Counted from the first letter of the stretch, positions 13,821 to 26,463 are shown. The stretch: DNA of 64,000 bases from Eledone cirrhosa (GCA_964016885.1 OZ024742.1:147560001-147624000); one strand, 5' to 3'. The notes: a model not told the origin generated them from the sequence alone. Numbers and translations: made by a program.

Positions 13821-14040
13821 GATGTGCATGGACAATAAGTGGGTGAAGAAGAGCCAGGAAATGCCAGTGGAAGGAAGCCACAGTTGAGATAGACCAAGAA
13901 AGACCTGGGCAGAGGTTGTGAGAGTGGACCACAAATCACTGAGACTCACAGAGAAGATGATGAAGGAATACAAGTGGAGAGATGCCATGCTGAGAAGGAC
14001 TTGTCCAACCTACATAAGCATGGAAAAACAGATGATGATG
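13290..14040 (+). mobile_element. Decayed RTE 3' fragment (partial copy at 10880-11400)
   Basis: VVDSF*YLG..ARIRIGWKKFRELLPLL and HGSETWAV motifs; (GAT)n tail. Confidence 0.75.
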
Positions 14041-14699
14041 ATATATATATATATACGTGTGGTGTGTGTGTATAGTTAAAAAAGGACAAACACAGAGATA
14101 CAATAACAATAATCTTATAAGTTTCAAAAATATAGTGGACATTAGTCCATAATCAGGAGTAGAGAAAACACAATGATAATTTTTATATGCTAGTATAGTA
14201 CAATAAACGATACACCTTCATTAATACAGAGTTACAAGAGTGGCATCAGGTGATGAATACTAAAGACAGAGTATAAATATGGCTTCTCATTATTTTCATT
14301 AAGGATATAACTTACAAAGGTAAATAGACAATAACAATAACAATTTCAATGAAAGTATACTTTTAGCTTTGGAAAAAGGAACGAACTCATAACATCAAAA
14401 AGACAGAAGGGAAGAAAAATACCAAAGATGGCTTGCACACTCAATTACAAATTACACATGGAATGTCAGTGTTTCTTTTTAAAAGTTTTTGAGACAAGCC
14501 AAGATGTTCATAGTGTCACCATGAGTGGTAGGGAGTGTAGGGTGTTGGAATAGTCAAGCACTCTACAAGCTTCATCTCATACTTCAGTAAGACTGGGCAG
14601 TAGTTTGGCTAAAGTGCTAGACTAGCCAAACACTCATGCAAGTACCATCTGATACTACAGTTTGACCAGATGATAGCATGGCTAAGGTACTACACTATC

Positions 14700-16060
14700 C
14701 AAACACTCATGTAAGTATCTAGGGCACACAAGAACTTCCTCAATTGTTATCAACTCTACGACTCTCATCTCCCAAAATAGTCAAACCACCCTTGATAAAA
14801 ATTACCACCCAGTAGCTTGCCTGAACATCATGTACAAATTATACACTGGGTGTCTCAATCTGTTCTTAGAGAATCATTGTGCTACCAACAACATAATAAC
14901 ACCTGAGCAAGCTGGGGGAAAGAAGGAAGTGTGGAGATGTATAGAGCAGCTATTATTACCAAAATGATCCAGGAAAAAACAGCAAAGAATCGTAGGAACT
15001 TGACTGTAGTATGGATGGACTACCAGAAGGCTTTTGGTAGTATGCCACATGCATGGATTATGAAGGCTTTAGAATTAGCCAAAGTCTAGTAGCTGCAATC
15101 AAACACCTGACCAAGACTTGATACACCACTTTTCTCCTTAGGGGTGATAAGGAGCAAATTGAGTCTAATAGCATTCACTACCAAAATGACATCTTTCAGG
15201 GTGATAGCTTGTCCGTGCTGCTCTTCATTCTCTCATTAAATCCACTATCATACCTGCTCACAAAATATAGTGGCCATAGAAATAGATGCAGACATATTGC
15301 CCATCTTTTCTTTGTTGATAAGCTGCAATTGTGTAGGCCAAATATCAACCATATAAAAAACAATTGGATCATTATCCAATTTTCTACAGACATTGGAACG
15401 AAGTTTGGAGAGTCAAATGAGCATTTTTGACAATAAAATTGTGGAAAAGTTGTGCCATCTGAAAACTTAAAAATGAATGGCTTGATGGTACAACCTCTTT
15501 AGTCAGGTGACAATTATAGGTATCTTGGGCAAGATAAGAATGTCTGATGTGATGGACCCATAAATAAGGAGAGGACCAGGAAAGTGAAGAGAATATGGTC
15601 GTCAGAACTCTCAGCGTACAACAAGTACATTGCCCATAATACTTTTGCTGTGACTATACATTTGGCTTGATTAACAGATCATTGCAAGAACTGAATGAGA
15701 TGGATGCAAGGACTTACAAGCTGCTCAGTGTTACTGGAAACTTTAACATCAATGGTGATGTGGATAGGCTATATTTCTCATGTAAGGAGGGTGACCGAGG
15801 CCTAAAATCCATATTAACATCATATGAAACCTGAATAATAACACTGAAGCAACATTTTCAATAGAAAAAAAAGTTCAACAGCCATCTCACCCAGGTTTAT
15901 GAGCATTAAAATAATAATATTGTTAGGATGGCCACTAATCTAAAGAGGGTCATGAAATAAAACCTGACACAAATCTCTCTCCCAGTAGCATTGGAAGACT
16001 CTACTCAATGCCTGAATAAATTTTTTTTAAATGGACCAATTCAGTGAGAAGGTTGAACAT
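14700..16060 (+). mobile_element. Decayed R4/Dong-like non-LTR retrotransposon RT fragment
   Basis: CLNIMYKLYTG, ITPEQAGGKK, WMDYQKAF, IFQGDSLSVLLFILSLNPLS and HLFFVD motifs, with many disablements. Confidence 0.7.
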
Positions 16061-16079
16061 GGGTACTTAGGATGAAAAG

Positions 16080-17090
16080 CACAGACCATAGATAAGGCTA
16101 CAGATAAGATCTATGGCTGGTGCAAGGTCCCAAGAGGATGGAGGGTAACTTGGTGGCAAAGTAGTATTATGGATGAGGTAATCAAAGCTAAAAAAACTGG
16201 TCTGGAGACAGACAAAATGGTGGAAGCAAAAAGCAGTGTCAAAATTCTAAAATAGAAGCTAGATATCAAGTATATTTAGAAAAAAGAGAAGCAGAAAGTA
16301 AAAGGTTTGTACATATTCTACACAGTAAGGAACAACGGTGTGTGGTGTTTCAGATTGCAAAACAGAGTGTCAAGGAAATCAAGAAGGTGTTGGGGAGAAG
16401 TGCATCTGAAATGACTGTGATGCTGAAAGAAATAGAAGCATGAAAGTGGCATTATGGGGGGTGGATTGTCAGTATCGGTAGAGGGTCAGACGCCATGCTT
16501 TGACGCATAGAGTTACGGCCCTTTCCAATCTGAGTTCAAATCCCGCCGAGGTTAACTTTGCCTTTCATCGATAAAATAAAGTACCAGTAATGCACTGGGA
16601 AATTGCTGGCCTTATGCCAAAAGTAGAAACAATTATGAGAGGCTCTGAATTGAGAAAAATGTATGTGGGAAGAAGGATCTACTCCAAGCAGGTCCAATTG
16701 AGGGACCAGTCACCCAAATTAACAGCAATATGGCAAATAAAGCAATTAAGGACATAAATACAGGCAAGGCAACTGGACCATCAAGAATAGTTGCTGAGAT
16801 GCTGAACACATCTGATGAGGTGAGTTGAATGTTAACCACATGTATAGTAAATCGGGTTATACAGGATGGCATAATACCCAAAGACTGACATTGTTAACTG
16901 CTAAAAAGGCAAAGGAAATTCTGTAGATAGAGGAAACTATAGAAGTGTCAAATTGATGGACCTGGTTGTGAAAGTTATTGAATGATTTATATTACAACTA
17001 ATTAGGGACAGAATTAACTTAGATGAGATGCAGTTTGGCCTTTGCGCCAGGAAGAGGTACAACTGATACCATCTTCCTTTTGAGACAGGC
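16080..17090 (+). mobile_element. Decayed RTE fragment interrupted by a SINE
   Basis: GKATGPSRIVAEML, KGKG..GNYR, DEMQFG..PGRGTTDTIF motifs. Confidence 0.75.
16460..16633 (+). mobile_element. tRNA-related SINE (family with GCCTTTCATCCTTACGGGGTCGATAAAATAAAGTACC core)
   Basis: B-box GAGTTCAAATCC. Other copies at about 21730-21902 (+), 23632-23817 (+), 27475-27580 (-), 32955-33140 (-), 37771-37948 (-) and 39082-39188 (-). Confidence 0.8.
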
Positions 17091-17514
17091 TGGCCCGAAT
17101 GGGAAAACAATAGGTATGAGAGGTGACAATCAACAAAACCTATTTAAAGTAAATAAACAAACAAACAAACAAATAAACAAACAAACAAACAAATAAATAA
17201 ATAAACAAACAAACAAAGAAACAAATAAATATAGAAAGAAAGAAAGAAACAAATAAATAAATAAATAAACAAACAAACAAACAAATAGATAAATAAATAA
17301 ATAAATGAATACACAAATAAATACATAAACAAATAAATCACTTACTCTCATTAAATCCTCGATCCCCTAAAATTCTGCAGAGAAGATTTGAGTAGTTAAA
17401 ATTCTCCATTTTCCATAGGATTAGAAATAGTTCATGTAAAATATGAGATATACATTGGAACGTTTACATGCCGGTTAGTTGCCTTGACAGGCATATATTG
17501 TCAGTATAGCTTAT

Positions 17515-19075
17515 AATGTGTATGTGTGTAGCTGTGTGTACGTGAAGCTGTGTGTATGTTGTAGCTGTGTGTACGTGTAGCTGTGTGTACGTGTAGCTGT
17601 GTGTATGTGTAGCTGTGTGTATGTGTAGCTGTGTGTACGTGTAGCTGTGTCTATGTGTAGCTGTGTGTATGTGTAGCTGTGTGTACGTGTAGCTGTGTGT
17701 ATGTGTAGCTGTGTGTACGTGTAGCTGTGTGTATGTGTAGCTGTGTGTACGTGTAGCTGTGTGTATGTGTAGCTGTGTGTATGTTGTAGCTGTGTGTACG
17801 TGTAGCTGTGTGTACGTGTAGCTGTGTGTATGTGTAGCTGTGTGTATGTGTAGCTGTGTGTATGTTGTAGCTGTGTGTATGTGTAGCTGTGTGTATGTGT
17901 AGCTGTGTGTATGTTGTAGCTGTGTGTACGTGTAGCTGTGTGTATGTGTAGCTGTGTGTATGTGTAGCTGTGTGTATGTTGTAGCTGTGTGTACGTGTAG
18001 CTGTGTGTATGTGTAGCTGTGTGTACGTGTAGCTGTGTGTGCATGTAGCTGTGTGTATGTGTAGCTGTGTGTATGTGTAGCTGTGTGTATGTGTAGCTGT
18101 GTGTATGTGTAGCTGTGTGTATGTGTAGCTGTGTGTATGTGTAGCTGTGTGTACGTGTAGCTGTGTGTATGTGTAGCTGTGTGTACGTGTAGCTGTGTGT
18201 ATGCTGTAGCTGTGTGTACGTGTAGCTGTGTGTATGTGTAGCTGTGTGTATGTTTAGCTGTGTGTATGTGTGTACGTGTAGCCGTGTGTATGTGTGTGTC
18301 AGTAGCCGTGTGTATGTGTAGCTATGTGTATGAGTGTGTCAGTAGCCGTGTGTATGTGAGTGTCAGTAGCCGTGTGTATGTGTGTGTCAGTAGCCATGTG
18401 TATGTGTGTGTTAGTAGCAATGTGTATGTGTGTCAGTAGCCGTGTGTATGTGTAGCCATGTGTATGAGTGTGTCAGTAGCAATGTGTATGTGTAGCTATG
18501 TGTATGTGTGTGTCATTAGCAATGTGTATGTGTAGCTATGTGTATGTGTGTGTCAGTAGCCGTGTGTATGTGTAGCTATGTGTATGTGTGTGTCAGTAGC
18601 CGTGTGTATGTGTAGCTATGTGTATGAGTGTGTCATTAGCCGTGTGTATGTGTAGCCATGTCTATGAGTGTGTCAGTAGCCGTGTGTATGTGTAGCTATG
18701 TGTATGTGTGTGTCAGTAGCCGTGTGTATGTGTAGCTATGTGTATGTGTGTGTCAGTAGCAATGTGTATGTGTAGCCATGTGTATGAATGTGTCAGTAGC
18801 TATGTGTATGAGTGTGTCAGTAGCCGTGTGTATGTGTAGCCATGTGTATGAGTGTGTCATTAGCAATGTGTATGTGTAGCTATGTGTATGTGTGTGGCAG
18901 TAGCAATGTGTATGTGTAGCTATGTGTATGTGTGTGGCAGTAGCAATGTGTATGTGTAGCCATGTGTATGAGTGTGTCAGTAGCCGTGTGTATGTGGAGC
19001 TATGTGTATGAGTGTGTCAGTAGCCGTGTGTATGTGGAGCTATGTGTATGAATGTGTCAGTAGCCGTGTGTATGC
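17515..19075. repeat. Minisatellite: 16-bp unit GTAGCTGTGTGTATGT changing to a ~40-bp (16+24) unit
   Basis: Direct periodicity; the switch occurs near 18290. Confidence 0.9.
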
Positions 19076-19646
19076 CCACATGTAAAGCACTGTCAGTAAA
19101 TCTAGTAATATGTATGTGTGTATATGTGTGTATATGTGTGTATATGTATGTATATGTATGTATATGTGTATGCGTAGGTGTGTCTACATGTGTGACACTG
19201 TCAGAAAATTTAATAGTGTGAATATATGTGTATCAACATTGTTATCACTGTCACTGAATGTAATAATGTGTATAATGTGCATGTGTCTATGTGTGTCTAT
19301 GTGTATGTGTCTACGTGTATGCATGTGTGTATGTGTGCATGTGTCTATGTGTGTGTGTCTGTGTGTGTGTCTATGTGAGTGTATGTGTGTCTATGTGTGC
19401 ATATTTCTATGTGTCTATGTTTAGATGTGTGTTACTGTCAGTTAATATAATAGTGTGTGTGTGTGTCTGTGTCTGTGTGTGTCTATGTGTCTGTATGTCG
19501 GAATGTATATGTGTGTGTCTGTCTATGTGTGTGTATGTGTGTCTATGTGTGCATATTTCTATGTGTCTATGTTTAGATGTGTGTTACTGTCACTTAATAT
19601 AATAGTGTGTATGTATGAATGTATGTATGAATGTATGTATGTATGT

Positions 19647-21608
19647 ATGAATGCTATTTCGAAGCTGAACAGTGGAAGATCTCCAGGTATGGATGGCATA
19701 CATGCTGAGCTCCTACAATATGGTGGTGAGAGACTCCTGCAACATCTTCACTCTTTGTTTGGAAGGATATGGGCTAATGAATCCGTGCCTGAGGACTGGA
19801 GAGATGCAGTAATGGTGGTCTTGTACAAGGGAAAGGGTAACAGGAATGATTGTGGGAACTACAGAGGTATATCACTGCTTTCTGTCGTAGGGAAAGTTTT
19901 ATGTAGGGTGCTTCTGGACCGTCTGCTGACACACATTGCAGATTGTGTCCTTCCTGAAAGTCAATCTGGTTTTCGTGCTGGACGCAGCACTACTGATATG
20001 ATCTTCTCAGCTAGACAGCTCCAGGAGAAGTGCATTGAACAAGGCTTGGATCTGTATCAGGTTTTTGTCGATCTGACAAAGGCTTTCGATACTGTCAACA
20101 GAGATGCATTATGGAAGGTTCTCCAGAAACTTGGTTGCCCTGATAAGTTCCTTGCTTTAGTTAGGTCTTTCCATGACGACATGAAGGCTTGGGTTAATGT
20201 CGGAGGTAACATGTCGGAGCCTATCTCAGTAAAAAATGGAGTGAAACAGGGGGATATTCCAGCACCGACCCTGTTTGCCATATACTTTGCAATGGTTTTC
20301 TGTATTGCATTCAGGAATTGCGAGCATGGTGTTTACATCCGATATCGAACCTCAGGCAGCATATTTAACATCAGGCGCTTTGCTGCGAAGACAAAAGTAT
20401 TTACATCAGTCATAAGAGACCTCTTGTATGCAGATGATTGCGATCTTGTAGCGCACACAGAGAGTGATATGCAGCACATTTTGAATGCATTTTCTGACGC
20501 TTGCACTACCCTGGGTTTGACTGTCAGTCTCAAGAAAACCGTCGTCATGTACCAACCTGCCCCTAGTAAGCAGTACACTGAACCAAACATCTATGTGTAT
20601 GGCAAACGACTTGGAGTGGTTGATCAGTTTGTCTACCTGGGAAGCACTGTCAATCGATACGGCAACCTTGACAGTGAAATCTCACTTAGGATTAGGAAAG
20701 CAAGTGATGCTTTCGGAAAGCTAGAAAGGCGACTCTGGGGTCGGCGAGACATATGCAGGAGGACAAAGGTAAAGGTGTACAGGGCATGTGTACTCTCTTG
20801 TCTTCTTTATGCCTGCGAGACCTGGGTCACATATCGACGCCACCTTAAGCAGTTGGAGCGTTTCCATCAGATGTGTCTCAGACGGATCCATGGCGTTCAC
20901 TGGAGGGACCACATCAGTGATGTTGAGATTTTGGAAAGCTCTATGTGTGACAGTATAGAAGCTCTTGTGCTTAAGCAACGACTCCGTTGGAGTGGTCACC
21001 TTGCCAGGATGAAGGATTCTAGAATACCAAAACAACTCTTCTATGGAGAGTTGGTTAAAGGAAAACGACCGCCACATAAACCAAAAAAGAGGTATAAGGA
21101 TTCCTTGAAAGCCTCTCTGAAAGACGCTAACATCTCTGCTGATACATGGGAAAATATTGCTGCTGATCGTAATAAATGGAGAAAGACTGTATATGAGGGA
21201 AAAGTTGCCTTTGAGGCATCTCGAATCGCACACGAGAAAGTAAAGCGGGACGTGAGGAAGGGCATTGCTGTTGCACTTCCAGAAGGCGAGGGTCCTCCTA
21301 TGGTGCTGACATGCAGCGTCTGTGCAAGACTCTGCCTAAGCAAAGCTGGACTCGAAAGTCATCTTCGCAGTCATAAAGTAAGACCAGTGGTTGACTACCA
21401 GGCTGCTGTTGGAGATGCTACTCATCATGCTTACCAAACATGTGGTAGAGAATGTAAATCAGCAGGAGGGCTCAAGCGACATGCAAAAGTACACAAACTC
21501 CAACCACAGCCGACTATTCCCAGTGAATGTTTTGGTTGCCGACTCTGTGCAAGACATTTTAGATCATTGGCTGGGCTAAAAAGCCACATTCGATCGCAGC
21601 ACTGTTAG
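19647..21608 (+). CDS. RTE reverse transcriptase with C-terminal C2H2-type motifs (endonuclease missing)
   Basis: NYRGISLL, QSGFR, FVDLTKAFD, GVKQGD, LLYADD, FVYLGS and RLRWSGH motifs, then CSVC..HLRSH, (Y)QTC..HAKVH and CRLC..HIRSQH. Confidence 0.85.
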   Translation: MNAISKLNSGRSPGMDGIHAELLQYGGERLLQHLHSLFGRIWANESVPEDWRDAVMVVLYKGKGNRNDCGNYRGISLLSVVGKVLCRVLLDRLLTHIADCVLPESQSGFRAGRSTTDMIFSARQLQEKCIEQGLDLYQVFVDLTKAFDTVNRDALWKVLQKLGCPDKFLALVRSFHDDMKAWVNVGGNMSEPISVKNGVKQGDIPAPTLFAIYFAMVFCIAFRNCEHGVYIRYRTSGSIFNIRRFAAKTKVFTSVIRDLLYADDCDLVAHTESDMQHILNAFSDACTTLGLTVSLKKTVVMYQPAPSKQYTEPNIYVYGKRLGVVDQFVYLGSTVNRYGNLDSEISLRIRKASDAFGKLERRLWGRRDICRRTKVKVYRACVLSCLLYACETWVTYRRHLKQLERFHQMCLRRIHGVHWRDHISDVEILESSMCDSIEALVLKQRLRWSGHLARMKDSRIPKQLFYGELVKGKRPPHKPKKRYKDSLKASLKDANISADTWENIAADRNKWRKTVYEGKVAFEASRIAHEKVKRDVRKGIAVALPEGEGPPMVLTCSVCARLCLSKAGLESHLRSHKVRPVVDYQAAVGDATHHAYQTCGRECKSAGGLKRHAKVHKLQPQPTIPSECFGCRLCARHFRSLAGLKSHIRSQHC

Positions 21609-21984
21609 TTGCTATCGTGTGTGTGTGTGTGTAGATATGCTTATGTGCGGGCGTGTATGTGTATATATATATGAATATGTATATCATTATTGTTGTTGTC
21701 GTTATTATTATTATTGCTATTATTATTATTGTATCAGTAGAGGGTTGGACGCCATGCTTTCCAGCATAGTTATGTCCCTTTACGATCTGAGTTCAAATCC
21801 CGCCGAGGTTGACTTTGCCTTTCATCCTTACGGGGTCGATAAAATAAAGTACCAGTAATGCACTGGGTAATTGCTGGCCTTGTGCCTAAAGTAGAAACAA
21901 TTATTATTATTATTGTTATTAATGTATGTGTGTGTATATGTGTGAGTGTGTGTATGTATGTGTGTATGTATATATGTATGTATG

Positions 21985-22015
<31 letters not shown>

Positions 22016-22123
22016 TCTTTCTTTTTTTTTTATTTATTTATTTATTTATTTATTTATTATTATTATTTTTTTTTTTTTCTTCTCGTGCAATGGCCATACT
22101 CGATAACGAGGGGGCAGCCATCA
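19650..22123 (+). mobile_element. Young 5'-truncated RTE (BovB-like) LINE
   Basis: Uninterrupted RT ORF to 21608, 3' UTR with microsatellites and a SINE, RTE 3' stem-loop CTCG-ATAA-CGAG. Flanked on both sides by ATGTATGAATGTATGTATGTATGTATG. Confidence 0.9.
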
Positions 22124-22200
22124 TGTATGAATGTATGTATGTATGTATGTATGTATGTATGTATGTATGTGTGTGTGTATGTATGTGTGTATGTATGTAT

Positions 22201-22809
22201 GTCAGGTCACCAGTTGGTGCTACTGGTAACATGTATTCCAGTACAACCTGTCCCATGGTCGGGTCGTTGGCGACTAAACTGGCAACCCCACCAAGGTTTC
22301 TTGGTGAGGAGGGTGACTTTGGACATCCTGCAGGACTAAAAACAAAACCTGTCAAAAGGCAAAGGAGCTCTTAAGAGTCAATGGCCATCCAAAATTACCG
22401 GGAGAGATGACCCCTTAGCCTTTGTCAAGGCAGAATTCTAGGAGAAGGAAAACTCTGATATAACACCTGCAACCCTGATGGTATCCAATGATGTTGACTT
22501 GTTCTTCTTTTTGGTAAATATCATCTTGGTTAAGAGAGTGGGACTGGCTTTGTGCAGTGCCTTTGCTCACTATAAAAGCTTCACGGCACAGGCATTGCTT
22601 TATATCTGGAGATCTCTCTGCATTTGTCGTCACATGGTACCATGGGCCCAGCACTATGTGTCAATAATTGTCACAAGTGTAGTGTTTGTACCAGAGCTTT
22701 CAAGTCGCTGGCTGGACTAAAAAGTCACACTCGTTCAGCGCATCAGTAGGGGTTCTCCTACATGGATATAAAGTAGTGGCCGTACTCGAAAACGAGTTGG
22801 CAGCCACCA
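22201..22809 (+). mobile_element. Non-autonomous RTE-tailed short element (copy B)
   Basis: Near-identical to 26-634, with (TGTA)n on both sides. Confidence 0.85.
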
Positions 22810-23165
22810 TGTATGTATGTATGTATGTATGTATGTGTGTATGAATGTATGTGTGTATGTATGTATGTATGAATGTATGTGTGTATGAATGTATGTGTGT
22901 ATTTCTACATGTGTATGTTCTGACATTGCTTAGTTACGTATAACCATTGCACCTGTTGTCCAAAATGTCATGCATATCTCAACTACCAGACAACGTCAAC
23001 ACACTGGCAGTCCACAGGCCATGTCGTCTTCTTTTCTCATATAAACTTTCTATATAGCATCATGTAGCACCACCACCACCCTCTTCCTCGCCATCATCAT
23101 CATCATCATTGTCTACCCACTACCATATAGCAACATGTAGCACAGCCTGACCCCCACCCTCCCCC

Positions 23166-23212
<47 letters not shown>

Positions 23213-24619
23213 GTCGTCGTCACCATTATCATCATCATTGTCGTCATCATTGTCGTCACCACCACTCTCTACCCACTACCATATAGCATGATGTAGCACA
23301 GCCTGACCCCCACCCTCCCCCTCATCATCATCATCACCATCATCAATGTTACAAAGAATTAACAGAAGCCTATGTGTTTGGTGTAAAATTTATATTTATT
23401 TTAAAGTTATTTTTTGTATTTCTTAGTTTATTGTGCATGTATCATTATCATCATCATCATCATTATCATCATTGTTGTCACCACCACTCTCTTTCCACTA
23501 TCATATAGCTTCATGGAACAAAGCCTATACCTCAAATCCCTTCCTCCTCCTCCTCCTCATCCTTTCCTCCTCTCCCTCATCATCTGCCTCTTCCTCCTCC
23601 TTCAAATCATCATTATCACCATCATTATCATGGTGGATTGGCAGTATCGGTAGAGGGTCGGACGCCATGCTTTGACGCATAGAGTTATGGCCCTTGCCAT
23701 TTTGAGTTCAAATTCCGCCGAGGTTAACTTAGCCTTTCATCCTTACGGGGTCGATAAAATAAAGTACCAGTAATGCACTGGGTAATTGCTGGCCTTGTGC
23801 CTAAAGTAGAAACAATTATATCCTAACAGATCGTACGGACACTATGTAGATGAAATATATCACGTTGTGGTAGTTAAGAACAATCAAAACTTATACTCAG
23901 TTTTTATATAGAGAGAAGACTGCATTAGTTTGGACATATGATGCACATGAACAATGATCGCTGGGTGAAGAAATGCAAGGAAAGGAAAGAAGCCGCAGTA
24001 GAGGTAGACCAAGAAAGACTTGGGCAGAAGTTGTGAGGAAATGATAAAGGAACATGAGGAGTGAAGAGATGCCGTGCTGAGAAGGACCCATCCAAACCAT
24101 GCAAGCATGGAAAATGGATGTAAAAACGATGATGATGAGGAGGAAGATGATGATATATGTATACGTATGTATGTGTCATCATCATCGTTTAACATCCATC
24201 TTCCACACTAGCATGGGTTAGACGGGTTTGTCCCATTTGAGGCAAGATTGGTCGGGTGACCGTGTCTCACTCGTATAGAACTGTTTCTGGCTGGATGCCC
24301 TTCCTAACACCAATCACATTTACAGTGTGGACTGGGAGGCTTTTTAACGCGTCTCCTACATGACCACTTTACAGTGTGGACTGGGTGCTTTTTGTGGTGA
24401 CACCTACACAACCACTTTACGGTGTGAACTGGATGTTCTGTGGTACCAACATAACTTTACAGAGACAGCGTGGTGTGGGCAGAAGTGGGAGGATAGAGTA
24501 GGGTGTGTGGGATGGGGTGTATATTTGGTTAAGAGGTGCCTACTGACTGTAGGTTTAAGTTTGTATGTAAGGGAAGGCGGGTCTTCTGTATTACTGCATA
24601 GTGCCAAAGAGCTCGATCA

Positions 24620-25130
24620 AGTGAGTCTTAGAGAGGTGTAAGTGAGCAAGGTCAGTTTTTTATCACCTCATCCCAGGTTTTTCTGGGTCTACCTACTCCG
24701 TAGCTTCCATCAATTTTGATTTCCCTACACTTTTTTATACAGCTGTTGTCCTTCATACACATCACATGACCATACCAACGTAATCTCCTCTCAAGTAAAC
24801 TGCATCTGATCCCTCTTATTCCTAATTTCTCACTTAGTTTGTTTACGTTTTGCCGCTTGTGTATTTACTATTACACAGGCATTGGAGCATGCATGTTTCG
24901 TTCCTTTCCAATCTGCACAGATTATAGACACACTTCTTCCCGACAATATAACAATTTTCCATGACATATTGTCTCGCAATCCTGAACACCTCAAGTGTTT
25001 GGTCCTCGTGTTGTAGAATATGCTTGAACTTTCTTTCCTCTGCTTCCCTTCATGCAAAGTACACTTGTCGCCTAACTTTTCTCCTGGGCACTTTTAATTT
25101 TCTAAAGGCAATATTTGGTTGTAATTGTTT
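24620..25130 (-). mobile_element. Decayed RTE fragments
   Basis: Minus strand shows RRLRWYGHVM..GVGRPRKTW remnants and upstream RTE-like peptide. Confidence 0.6.
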
Positions 25131-25371
25131 TGAAATAGTTGACAGAGATGATTTATGGTATCTGATCTGGCTCTGTGCATTCTGAGTTCTATTCCTGCTT
25201 CATTCAGCCAAAAGTTACAGATAATATCTGTAATGGAGAAACGAATGAAAACATAATTTCCTTAATCCTGTCTGATAATCTTATCCTTCATTTTCCTTTA
25301 ATGTGTGCCACACTTGAATAAGCTTGTTAAACACACAAGCTAAACCGCTTGGCGCCGTGTTCGGGATTTTA

Positions 25372-25489
<118 letters not shown>

Positions 25490-25564
25490 GAAGGAGGTGT
25501 GGTAAGGAACCACATGGACCATAACGCACCAAAGTACTCAATACTTAGGGTAGTAGAGTGGGTA

Positions 25565-25689
25565 ATAGGAAAAAGTTTAACCCCAACGGCAGAGCTCAAA
25601 CCGTTTCGACGGCTATTTCTGGACTCACAGTCCAAAAATAGCCGTCGAAACGGTTTGAGCTCTGCCGTTGTGGTTAAACTTTTTCCTAT
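25565..25689. repeat. Near-perfect palindrome (~61-bp arms, 3-nt loop)
   Basis: ATAGGAAAAAGTTTAACC...GGACT-CAC-AGTCC...GGTTAAACTTTTTCCTAT, with 2 mismatches. Confidence 0.95.
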
Positions 25690-25725
25690 ATATATATATG
25701 TATCATCATCATTGTTTAACATCGA

Positions 25726-25753
<28 letters not shown>

Positions 25754-25756
<3 letters not shown>

Positions 25757-26257
25757 CAATATGTTGAAAAGGTAACACACTAAAGAGAGATAGTGTGCCA
25801 TCAATAAAACAGGGAAAACCCCCAGTGTATGGAAACTATAATCTATGAAAGGCAGGGTAGACACACAATAATTAAAAATATAAATTAAAATGTATATACG
25901 CACCTCTATAACTATATAACACACGCGTACAAATCCAAAGAGATCTGTTTCGCCAAGAAGTTGTTGACTGAAATGGAATAGCCTATGATTCATCAGCGCG
26001 TGCAAGACTATACATTCCAGACAACTCTAAGAGAATCTAAAGCGACCGGCCAGCTACACGCGGCAGAGAGATGTCACAGCGTGTTTAGGGCATATATAGT
26101 TATAGAGATGCGTATATACATTTTAATTTATATTTTTAATTATTGTGTGTCTACCCTGCTTTCCATAGATTATAGATTCCATACACTGGGGGTTTTCCCT
26201 GTTTTATTGATGGCACACTATCTCTCTTTAGTGTGTTACCTTTTCAACATATTGTAT
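25754..26257. repeat. ~165-bp inverted repeat (25754-25918 / 26093-26257)
   Basis: Arms are reverse complements with few mismatches. The spacer holds a hammerhead. Confidence 0.95.
25921..26003 (-). ncRNA. Type I hammerhead ribozyme
   Basis: GCACGCG-CTGATGA-[weak long stem II]-GAA-ACAGATC TCTTTG GATTTGT-A-CGCGTGT: 7-bp stems I and III, GUA triplet. Confidence 0.7.
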
Positions 26258-26371
26258 TTTAAAGAGCTCAGGATTCCTTTTCCTTTGAGCACATTATTTA
26301 CAGGGAATAACGAGAGTCTATGGCTCCGTTAATTTATCGTGATATATATATATACAGTTAGTTCACCATAC

Positions 26372-26409
26372 CGAGAACAATTGTTTCACCTTAGCGGATC
26401 CTCAGCTCG
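26372..26409 (-). ncRNA. Minimal type I hammerhead ribozyme
   Basis: CGAG-CTGAGGA-T-CC GCTAA GG-T-GAA-ACAATTGT-T-CTCG, with a palindromic stem III. Confidence 0.75.
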
Positions 26410-26453
26410 TAATGGACATGGTTATACGGAACAGGAAGGACAACCGTACGAAC

Positions 26454-26463
26454 GCGCATGCGC
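26454..26463. promoter_or_regulatory. NRF1-type palindrome GCGCATGCGC in a locally CpG-rich stretch
   Basis: Exact match to the NRF1/ewg consensus. No transcript evidence. Confidence 0.35.

Noticed and set aside
19455-19646. N-terminal 64 aa of the 717-aa ORF
   Set aside because: Microsatellite read-through, not RTE sequence.
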